Source of the DNA: Pseudomonadota bacterium
GTDB lineage: Bacteria; UBA10199; 2-02-FULL-44-16; JAAZCA01
Direction of reading: 5' to 3'
DNA: 48,417 nt
NCBI GenBank assembly: GCA_043798915.1
Contig: JAZDOG010000037.1
Location: 1-48,417, forward strand
Shown in pieces: positions 40,917 to 48,417 of this stretch. Below the pieces are notes generated by a model. That model was not told the origin of the DNA, ran no database searches, and was given only the letters and a program-made list of their open reading frames with translations. Each line of letters begins with the position of its first letter. Position 1 is the first letter of the stretch. A program made the position numbers and the translations under genes.

Positions 40917-41825
40917 ATGTCACCGAATTTTTTCAAGCACGGCGAGTCGCTCTCCGCCTTCACCACGTTCCGGATCGGCGGGCCCGCATCTGCGCTCGCA
41001 AGAGCGACGACCGCGGATGAAGTGCTTGCGGCGGCCACGCGCGCTGACGCGATGGGGCTCCTCTGGCGCGTGATAGGCCACGGATCCAACATCCTCGTGG
41101 CGGATGAAGGGCTTGAGGCGGCGGTCATCGTCTTTCAGAGCGCCGAGCCCCCTCAAATATTCAATGACGGACGCGTCGTCGTCTCCGGCGGCTTTCCGCT
41201 TGCCGAGCTGGTCTCGCTCCTTGCATTCAAGGGGCTCGCCGGGCTCGAAGACCTGGCCGGAATACCGGGGACGGTGGGCGGGGCAATCGCCGGAAACGCC
41301 GGGGCCTATGGCAAGACTATCGGAAATCTGGTCGGCTCCGTCCGGCTCCTCGGGAGGGATGGCAGGACGCGCGAACTCACCGGCCTCGAACTTCTGTTCG
41401 CATATCGCCACAGCATTCTCAAAGAGACGACAGATGCCATCCTCGATGCGACGCTTGCGACCTCGCCCGGCGATGCCACCCTGCTCATGGGTATCGTAGA
41501 GGCGAGGCTCGCCGACCGTCGCGCCAAGCACCCCGACCATCTCGTCGTGCCTACGGCCGGCAGCTATTTCAAGAATCCTATGTCGCCCGAAGGCAAGACG
41601 ATCGCTGCGGGGAAGCTCCTTGAAGAGGCCGGCTGCAAGGAACTTCGCGCCGGCGGGGCGCACTTGTGGCACAAGCATGTGAACATAATCGTCACTGATG
41701 GGAACACGAAGGCCGCCGACGTCCTCTCCCTCGCCGCGCAGATGTCCGAACGGGTGTACGAACATTCAAAGATCCAGCTTTCGCCTGAAGTGAGTTATCT
41801 CGAAACCAGGAAGTGCAACGTCTGA
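40917..41825 (+). CDS. murB: UDP-N-acetylenolpyruvoylglucosamine reductase
   Basis: TTFRIGGPA, GHGSNIL, GIPGTVGGAIAGNAGAYG, AGSYFKNP, PEV. Confidence 0.95.
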   Translation: MSPNFFKHGESLSAFTTFRIGGPASALARATTADEVLAAATRADAMGLLWRVIGHGSNILVADEGLEAAVIVFQSAEPPQIFNDGRVVVSGGFPLAELVSLLAFKGLAGLEDLAGIPGTVGGAIAGNAGAYGKTIGNLVGSVRLLGRDGRTRELTGLELLFAYRHSILKETTDAILDATLATSPGDATLLMGIVEARLADRRAKHPDHLVVPTAGSYFKNPMSPEGKTIAAGKLLEEAGCKELRAGGAHLWHKHVNIIVTDGNTKAADVLSLAAQMSERVYEHSKIQLSPEVSYLETRKCNV

Positions 41826-41831
41826 TCGCCA

Positions 41832-42563
41832 TCAAGTGCCGGACTGCCTGAGGAGGGCGTTCACCTCTTCTCCTTTGAGGTGACGCCATTCACCGGGCTT
41901 CAAGCGCCCGAGCACAATGGGTCCGACCGAGGTCCTCTTGAGCCTGATGACGGGAAAGCCGAGCTCGTCGAACATGCGCCTCACCTGCCGGTTTCTCCCC
42001 TCGCGGATGCCTATCTCGATGAGTGCGTTCGAGTCGCCGTGATCGATGCGCTTGACCCGGGCGGGGAGCGTCATGCCGTCCTTGAGCTTCAAGCCGCTGC
42101 GAAGGCGGTTCAGCTCTTCGTTTGTGGGCGCGCCCTTGATTCGGACGCGATAGATCTTCCAGACTTCGTGGCGCGGGTGGGTGAGCCTGTTGATGAAGTC
42201 GCCGTCGTCGGAGAGGAGGATCAGGCCCTCCGAATCGAAGTCGAGGCGGCCGACGGAGTTCACGCCCTTTTTCCATTCCTCGAGATGATCCCAGATGGTC
42301 GGCCGGCACTGCGGATCCGATTTCGTGACGAGAACATGCAGCGGTTTGTAGAATGCGAGATAGTGGCGCCTGGCGGCAAGGCGAAGTTCCCTGCCATCCA
42401 GGCAGATGCGGTCTTTTGCGGGGTCGACGGTCGTGCCCTGCTTTGTTGCAGCCTCGCCGCCCACCGTCACACGCCCGGCGGCAATCGCGGCTTCAGCGGC
42501 GCGCCGGGAGAGTTCACTCGAAAGGGCGATCATCCGGGCCAAACGCATCGGACCCAGCGGCAT
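41832..42563 (-). CDS. rluB: rRNA pseudouridine synthase (RluB/RsuA family; start uncertain, 42548-42599)
   Basis: S4 domain SRRAAE, VGRLDFDSEGL, EGRNRQVRRM; follows scpB. Confidence 0.88.
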   Translation of the reverse strand: MPLGPMRLARMIALSSELSRRAAEAAIAAGRVTVGGEAATKQGTTVDPAKDRICLDGRELRLAARRHYLAFYKPLHVLVTKSDPQCRPTIWDHLEEWKKGVNSVGRLDFDSEGLILLSDDGDFINRLTHPRHEVWKIYRVRIKGAPTNEELNRLRSGLKLKDGMTLPARVKRIDHGDSNALIEIGIREGRNRQVRRMFDELGFPVIRLKRTSVGPIVLGRLKPGEWRHLKGEEVNALLRQSGT

Positions 42564-43404
42564 CTGCCTCGGCTCCCGCTTCAATCTTCCCCTCTCCATG
42601 CCCGCCCCCCTCTCCATCCTTCGCCACGTCTTCATCCGGCATCTTCGGGAAGATGCCGCGCTCGAGGCGCCTCAAGCCCTTGAGGCTGTCCTCAAGATTG
42701 CTGAGCGCCTCCATGTCCTTCTCTTCCTCCTTAATATTTTCCTCGAGCGGACGGCGGCGGATCACTTCGGTCTCCTCCTCGCCCTCGGCGGCATCCGTCT
42801 GCTCATACTCAGGGTCACCCGCCAGGCTCTCCATCTCGCTCTGACGATTCTCCGTTACCGTGCGCCGCTCGCGCATCAGATCCTCGATGTCCTTCAGCGT
42901 CGGCAATTCCGTCAGCCCCTTGAGGCTGAATATCTCGAGAAAGTCCTTCGTCGTCCCATACAGGAGCGGCTGGCCCGGCTCGTCCTGCCTGCCCACGATG
43001 TGCAGGAGGCGGCGCTCGAGCAGGGTCTTGAGCACCCCGCCGCTGTCCACGCCTCGAATTCGCTCGATCTCGCTCCTGACTATCGGCTGCCTGTAGGCGA
43101 TGATGGCGAGCGTCTCGAGCGCCGGCCCCGAGAGCCGCATCGGCTTGGGGACGTTCAGGCGCTTGAGCCACTCCGCGAGGGCGGCCTTGGTGCGGAACTG
43201 ATAGCCGCCGGCCACCTGCGCGAGACCGATCCCGCGCGACGGGTCGCAGTTCCACTCATTTTCGAGCGAAACGAGACATTCGCGGACGGTCTCTTTGTCG
43301 GCGCCCTCCTGCTCTAGCGCCGTGGCGATCGCGCCCTCGGTCAGCGGCTCCTCCGCCACAAAGATCATCGCCTCGATTATCGGTTTCAGTTCGCTGACGT
43401 CCAT
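42514..43404 (-). CDS. scpB: SMC-Scp complex subunit ScpB
   Basis: VAGGYQFRT, LETLAIIAYRQP, IRGVDS, YGTTKDFL; acidic tail; GGAGG RBS. Confidence 0.95.
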   Translation of the reverse strand: MDVSELKPIIEAMIFVAEEPLTEGAIATALEQEGADKETVRECLVSLENEWNCDPSRGIGLAQVAGGYQFRTKAALAEWLKRLNVPKPMRLSGPALETLAIIAYRQPIVRSEIERIRGVDSGGVLKTLLERRLLHIVGRQDEPGQPLLYGTTKDFLEIFSLKGLTELPTLKDIEDLMRERRTVTENRQSEMESLAGDPEYEQTDAAEGEEETEVIRRRPLEENIKEEEKDMEALSNLEDSLKGLRRLERGIFPKMPDEDVAKDGEGGGHGEGKIEAGAEADAAGSDAFGPDDRPFE

Positions 43405-43417
43405 TTTGCCTCCGTCT

Positions 43418-44215
43418 TCACGCTTCCGGTTTATCAAACCCCGTCGCCTCTATCTCGACCAGCTTTGCCACTTCTTCCTCGCTCACTTCCGTCATTATCC
43501 CCTGGAGATAGAGCCTGCCGCACGTCTCCTGCTGATAGCAGCGGATCATCTTGAGCCTGCACATCTCTAGGAGCGCCAGGAAGGTGATCACCACGTCATA
43601 GCGCGTGAGTTCGCCCACGAGCAGGTCCTCGATGGTGATCGTCGCATCTTTTTTCACGAGCCCCACGATCTGATAGATCCTGTCGTTGATGGAGATCCGG
43701 TCGACCGCCACCTCATGGAAGCGATCAGCCGGCACGCGCTTGAGTATCTTCGAGAAGGCCTCGACGAGTTCGTAGACGCTCCCCTCGACCGGTCCGTCGC
43801 AGGATGCCTCTATCCTCTCCGGAGAGAGAGGCACGAAGACCTCCCGCCCGAGCATAGTGCGCCCCGAGATCTGCTCGCCGGCCTGCCTGAACTGCTGGTA
43901 TTCGAGCAGCCGCCTCACGAGGTCGGCGCGCGGGTCGAGTTCCTCCTCCTCTTCAGCCGGGCTGTCATCTGGCAGGAGCATCCGCGACTTGATGTGCGTG
44001 AGCTCCGCCGCCATGAGGAGAAAATCTCCGGCGAGGTCGATGTCCAGTTCCTTTAAGGTGTCGAGGTAGAGCATGTACTCCTCGAGCATGAAGGCGACCG
44101 GGATGTCGTATACGTCGAGGTCGTTCTTCTTGATGAGGTGCAACAGCAGATCGAGCGGCCCCTCGAAGACCTCGACGTTCACGCGGTAATCTAAATTTGA
44201 TATATTGTTTTCCAT
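43418..44215 (-). CDS. scpA: segregation/condensation protein ScpA
   Basis: FEGPLDLLLHLI, IKSRMLLP, LVRRLLEY, TFLALLE. Confidence 0.95.
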   Translation of the reverse strand: MENNISNLDYRVNVEVFEGPLDLLLHLIKKNDLDVYDIPVAFMLEEYMLYLDTLKELDIDLAGDFLLMAAELTHIKSRMLLPDDSPAEEEEELDPRADLVRRLLEYQQFRQAGEQISGRTMLGREVFVPLSPERIEASCDGPVEGSVYELVEAFSKILKRVPADRFHEVAVDRISINDRIYQIVGLVKKDATITIEDLLVGELTRYDVVITFLALLEMCRLKMIRCYQQETCGRLYLQGIMTEVSEEEVAKLVEIEATGFDKPEA

Positions 44216-44227
44216 TAGCCTCTCGCG

Positions 44228-45250
44228 TCAGCGATATTTAAGCCCCATCGCGCCCCTCACTTCCTCCATCGTGGCGACGGCGACTTGTCTCGCATGCTCC
44301 GCACCCTTTCGTGCGGTCGAGAGCAGCTCCTCCTCACGCCCTTCCCACTCTGCGCGGCGCTCGCGGATCGGCCGCCAGAAGGCGAGCGCGTTCTCGATGC
44401 AGATCTTCTTGCACTCGACGCAGCCGATCCCGGCGCTGCGGCATTGTTCTGCAACCCATTTCACCTTTTCGTCGCCGGAATAGAGCTTGTGATAGGCGAA
44501 GATGTTGCATACCTCCGGAGTGCCCGGGTCCTGCCGGCGCTTCCTGGCCGGGTCGGTGATCGTCTCCATCATCTTCTTGCGGATCGTCTCTTCGTCGTCG
44601 GCCATGTAGATGGCGTTGCCGAAGCTCTTGCTCATCTTTCGCCCGTCGATCCCCGGCACTCGCGCGGAATGCGTCAAGAGCGGCTGCGGCTCAACGAGCA
44701 TCGTGTTCTTCATGAGGAAGTGGAAGCGCCTGACGACCTCGCGCGTGAACTCTATGTGCGCCACCTGGTCCTCGCCCACCGGCACCAGATCGGCCTTGTA
44801 GATCAGGATGTCCGCCGCCTGCAGAAGCGGGTATCCCATGAAGCCGTACATGTTGAGGTCGCGGTCGGAGAGCTCCTGCTGCATGTCCTTGAATGAAGGC
44901 ACGCGCTCGAGCCAGCCGAGCGGCGTGATCATCGAGAGCAGCAGGTGCAGCTCCGCGTGCTCGGGCACCCACGACTGGATGAAGATCGTCGATTTCGCCG
45001 GGTCGAGCCCCGCGGCCATCCAGTCCTTGAGGACGTCGACGACGGCCGGAAATATCTCCTCAGGGTGCTCGTAGCCGGTCGTCAGCGCATGCCAGTCGGC
45101 GACCGCATAGAAGCACTCGTACTTCTCCTGAAGCTCGACCCAGTTGCGCAGCGCGCCGAAGTAATTGCCCCAGTGGAGCTTGCCCGTGGGCCGCACACCG
45201 CTCAAGACGCGCTTCTTGTTTGATTTGGGTTTCATCATCGCAACACTCAT
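44228..45250 (-). CDS. trpS: tryptophan--tRNA ligase
   Basis: SGVRPTGKLHWGNY, YPLLQAADIL, VPVGEDQ, KMSKS. Confidence 0.97.
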   Translation of the reverse strand: MSVAMMKPKSNKKRVLSGVRPTGKLHWGNYFGALRNWVELQEKYECFYAVADWHALTTGYEHPEEIFPAVVDVLKDWMAAGLDPAKSTIFIQSWVPEHAELHLLLSMITPLGWLERVPSFKDMQQELSDRDLNMYGFMGYPLLQAADILIYKADLVPVGEDQVAHIEFTREVVRRFHFLMKNTMLVEPQPLLTHSARVPGIDGRKMSKSFGNAIYMADDEETIRKKMMETITDPARKRRQDPGTPEVCNIFAYHKLYSGDEKVKWVAEQCRSAGIGCVECKKICIENALAFWRPIRERRAEWEGREEELLSTARKGAEHARQVAVATMEEVRGAMGLKYR

Positions 45251-45918
45251 CCAGGCAGCAGGTAGTTGGCCAGCATCATAACCGGAACCAGCAGATACCT
45301 CAACATCCCCGTGAAAAAAAGCATCAGGAGTATCATGAAGCTGTAACGGGAGAACTGGTCGAACGCCGCGAGGCCGGATTCAGGCAGAAGCCCGCGGAGG
45401 ACGGAACCGCCGTCGAGCGGCGGCATCGGGAGCAGGTTGAACGCCGCTAGCACGAGGTTCAGGACCACGCCCATCTCGCAGATCGCAAATGCGGCCCCGA
45501 CCACGGTGGCGCTCATGCTGCCGTGCACGAGGAGGCCGCCCGGAACCCTTGGCAGGGCGAACACCATCATGTGGGTCATACCGGCGAACGCGAGCGCAAG
45601 GAGGACGTTCGAGGCGGGGCCCGCCACAGCGACCCACATGTTGGAGCGGCGCATATCGCCCTTGAGGTTGTAGGGATTGACCGGCACCGGCTTTCCCCAG
45701 CCAATCACCGGCGCCCCGGTGAGGATCCCCAAGATCGGCAGAATAACCGTCCCGACGATGTCGATATGCGGAAATGGCGAAAGACTCACCCTCCCCATCA
45801 GCCTCGCCGTCGAATCGCCGAACTTGTCCGCGATCAGCCCATGTGCGGCCTCGTGGAACGAGAGCGAAAAGAGGAAGAGCGGATAGAAGAGGACTAGATC
45901 GATAACCCTGCTTTGCAT
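45247..45918 (-). CDS. site-2 protease (M50) family intramembrane metalloprotease
   Basis: HEAAH, AGPASN, FNLLPMPPLDG. Confidence 0.93.
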   Translation of the reverse strand: MQSRVIDLVLFYPLFLFSLSFHEAAHGLIADKFGDSTARLMGRVSLSPFPHIDIVGTVILPILGILTGAPVIGWGKPVPVNPYNLKGDMRRSNMWVAVAGPASNVLLALAFAGMTHMMVFALPRVPGGLLVHGSMSATVVGAAFAICEMGVVLNLVLAAFNLLPMPPLDGGSVLRGLLPESGLAAFDQFSRYSFMILLMLFFTGMLRYLLVPVMMLANYLLPG

Positions 45919-46033
45919 ATGGGGCCACTAGTGGAAAAACCTAATGAAGTCAATGAAGTATTGGTCCCAAATGAGACGGACCATCGTCAGACGGAGCAAA
46001 ATTCAGGGCCCATTGCAAAAACTGCAAAAACTG

Positions 46034-46061
46034 CGCAACTTATCCAGACCGCTGCCGATAA
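46034..46061 (+). promoter_or_regulatory. sigma28-like promoter motif, copy 4
   Basis: CGCAACT-tatccagaccgct-GCCGATAA, 9 nt before ATG 46071. Confidence 0.72.
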
Positions 46062-46070
46062 CACCCAAGC

Positions 46071-48417
46071 ATGGTCCCATGCCTCCCCAAATATGTCTCC
46101 GATGCCCTGGCATCGGTTGGCATCGGCCGATTCCTTGGCTGCGATGCAAATCCGCCCGATTTGATCGGGCCCCCTGACACCTTCAGCCCGGCAGAATCCC
46201 CCGGCTTATCCCATCCAACCCTGTGGCAGTCTCCCTTGCTGCGGAAGGCTCCCTTCAGAAAGGAAACCAAGGCCTCAGAACAAAAACCCAGAGTCATTCC
46301 ATTGGAAAAACTCCACCTCGCGCTAGCCAGCAAAGAACTGAACTGTTTAGATCCCCCTCAAACCGTGCAGATGGAAATGCTATACAATGTCATATTCTAT
46401 GGAAGCTGGTTCTCCCAGGAGAACATCAAACAATTTGACCTCGCCCATAAGCTTCTCAATAAACAGGGGATAAAGGCTGGCGACGTGCTCATGGATCTTG
46501 AAATGGCATATGCGCCGAACCCAAAAAGATTTGCAGACTGGGCCGTGCAAAGGGCAAAAGAATGGAATCAGACAGCGGAAAGAAAAGATGTCTACGCCTC
46601 GGGGACGCAGGAATTGGCAGCCCTCTCATCTACCGTAAGGAGGTGGAAGAAAGCACTGCCGAAGGATGCACAGGATGCCGTGGGCAAGGAATTCGACAGG
46701 ACGCTTTCCATCGCAAGAAAAAACGAGGATGCCTTCAACCGGCATGGCATTCTTGCCACAGCGATGTTTTTTTCCAACCTGGCCTCCTGCGCAAGCCAAG
46801 GCATACCCAAGCCATCCATAAATGAGATCCTCTCTGCCGCGCCGGATGCTGCGCTGAGCATCATGGACGAAGAGAACTTGCTCAACAAACCATTGCTGGA
46901 AGAAGATGCTAGAACAATATGGCAGTTTTTTGTGAGGAACCATCCAGAGCTCTACAGACGGCAAACTTATTGGTCTGAGATGAGAAATTTTTTGGAGAAA
47001 AATCCAGCGTTTGTGCCAAAGTTTTTGTCCAGCAAGAAACAGTGGTTCTCATTCAAAGCGGATATATTCAATGTCTACTATTTATATCGCGAGCTGCTGC
47101 GAGCAGATGTCATTCCCCCGGCCAATCGGCGGGAGGTATATCTCACCATTATCGATTACGAAGGAAGGCACAGCGAATCCCTCAATCCTGAGTCGTACAA
47201 AACGTGCGGAACCCTCGATGAGATCGAGAAAAAACTCGTAAAAACTTACCTCGTCGATATCCAAAAGGATACGAAGGGACGAGGAAGATTGGGCCTGCTG
47301 GAGGACATCGCCAGGCACCTCTTGAAGAAATTTATAAAAGAATGGAGCACGGAGAAGACGATCGCTTTTTTGAGATCGTCGATCGTTGAAGATTCCGGCC
47401 TGAATGCGGATCTCTCCGCGCGAATTCTGAGGCTTGCGCGCGACAAGTCGCGCACCGAGGCAAAATCTTTCCTGGGCGAGTTTCAGGACAGAAAAAAGAG
47501 GAATTATCGCGCAGCGGAGCACGATCCTTTTTGGGACGCAATATGGCATGCATGTGGATGCGGTTTGTTGTTCACACATAATTTTTCTGGTGGAATACAC
47601 GCATATGAGGATTATGACACAGCGATGGCGCATATCCCCGAATCCCTCCTCGATCTTGGATTTGAAACCGAGGTACGCGATCTTTATTTCAAGAATCACC
47701 CATACGCGGCCATCTACGCCCTTCCAGAAGATCTCAGGCCAACCGGCAGAGGCGTGTCCTATGCGATCATAGACTCCTTTCCTCCTCCAGGGGCGACGGG
47801 ATATGCAGATCTAAATAGCGTGCGGATACTGGACATCGATCCTCCCGTCTGGACGGGAAAAGATGAGGAGTCACACGGCATCGCCATGTCCACACTGGCC
47901 GTCGGCAAGACGATGGGGCTGGCGCCCGGCGCAAACCTCTACATTGCCCCCGCTATCACCCATGATACAGTCAATCCCGCAAAGGCAACGGTGGAGTCCT
48001 TCGCTCGGACTATTGAACTCAAGAAAAATGATCCAAGCCTGGCCGTCGTGGGCTTGAGCCTCGGCCTCGAGGTGCCTATTATGTTCAAAAAAGAGGTCCA
48101 AAGGTCGGAGCTATACAAGAGGCTCAAGAGGTATTGCGAAGAACTGCATCGCGCCGGCGTCGCAATCATCGTTTCGGCAGGCAACGACGGTCAAAAAGAC
48201 AATATAAATATGCTCGGCCTTCTGCCCCACGTGACCCTCGTCGGGGCATTGGACAGCAAACTCACGGAAACGAGGGACGATGACAGAGCCTCGTCGTATT
48301 CGACGGGCAGGGGTTCAGGGGGACCCGCGCAACTCTATGCCCATGCAGATCCCGTCATGCTCGTGGGCTATGACAAGAAAACTGTCTGGTCGGAAACAGG
48401 CGGCACCTCTTCGGCAC
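46071..48417 (+). CDS. S8 subtilisin-like serine protease with long N-terminal extension (partial; runs off window end)
   Basis: Manually translated open frame from ATG 46071 (in-frame TAA at 46059) to the window end: TGRGVSYAIIDS (Asp), SHGIAM (His), GLAPGANL, VSAGNDG (oxyanion Asn), GGTSSA (Ser). Confidence 0.9.
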   Translation, partial: MVPCLPKYVSDALASVGIGRFLGCDANPPDLIGPPDTFSPAESPGLSHPTLWQSPLLRKAPFRKETKASEQKPRVIPLEKLHLALASKELNCLDPPQTVQMEMLYNVIFYGSWFSQENIKQFDLAHKLLNKQGIKAGDVLMDLEMAYAPNPKRFADWAVQRAKEWNQTAERKDVYASGTQELAALSSTVRRWKKALPKDAQDAVGKEFDRTLSIARKNEDAFNRHGILATAMFFSNLASCASQGIPKPSINEILSAAPDAALSIMDEENLLNKPLLEEDARTIWQFFVRNHPELYRRQTYWSEMRNFLEKNPAFVPKFLSSKKQWFSFKADIFNVYYLYRELLRADVIPPANRREVYLTIIDYEGRHSESLNPESYKTCGTLDEIEKKLVKTYLVDIQKDTKGRGRLGLLEDIARHLLKKFIKEWSTEKTIAFLRSSIVEDSGLNADLSARILRLARDKSRTEAKSFLGEFQDRKKRNYRAAEHDPFWDAIWHACGCGLLFTHNFSGGIHAYEDYDTAMAHIPESLLDLGFETEVRDLYFKNHPYAAIYALPEDLRPTGRGVSYAIIDSFPPPGATGYADLNSVRILDIDPPVWTGKDEESHGIAMSTLAVGKTMGLAPGANLYIAPAITHDTVNPAKATVESFARTIELKKNDPSLAVVGLSLGLEVPIMFKKEVQRSELYKRLKRYCEELHRAGVAIIVSAGNDGQKDNINMLGLLPHVTLVGALDSKLTETRDDDRASSYSTGRGSGGPAQLYAHADPVMLVGYDKKTVWSETGGTSSA

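Noticed and set aside
42514..42635. Long scpB/rluB overlap as a dual-coding region
   Set aside because: Shrinks to 35-50 nt with a downstream start and falls in ScpB's acidic, disordered-looking tail; unremarkable.
46040..48184. Small ORFs listed at the window end, including 47082..47699 minus
   Set aside because: All are explained as shadows of the single long subtilase frame starting at 46071.

Overview
This is GC-rich bacterial chromosomal DNA. The 16S sequence and gene content look deltaproteobacteria-like (inference; no database check possible). Housekeeping content: part of an rrn operon (16S, tRNA-Ile, tRNA-Ala, 5' part of 23S, minus strand), tyrS, nadD/nadK, rmuC, rimP-nusA-infB-rbfA-DHH, tdk, an NCS2 permease, hpt-pyrF-pyrE next to tRNA-Leu/tRNA-Cys, murB, rluB-scpB-scpA-trpS and a site-2 protease. 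Uncharacterised accessory genes are interspersed. The strongest unexplained signal is a promoter-like motif, CGCAACT-N13-GCCGATAA (sigma28/FliA-type -10 with a non-canonical -35), found four times with identical spacing and always upstream of accessory genes. These are a 1109-aa secreted Ig + BPI/TULIP-like protein, a 1245-aa lipoprotein translationally coupled to a signal-less double-beta-barrel-like protein, a 166-aa orphan, and a signal-less subtilase missing from the ORF track because it runs off the window end. A canonical sigma54 promoter flanked by two perfect IHF sites drives two largely disordered proteins, back-to-back with one motif copy. Other oddities: the pyrE start codon sits 1 nt after the 3' end of a CCA-less tRNA-Leu, several genes look leaderless, a tiny divergent RHH-like switch, and an apparently decaying MNT antitoxin. 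No CRISPR array, transposase or integrase was seen.
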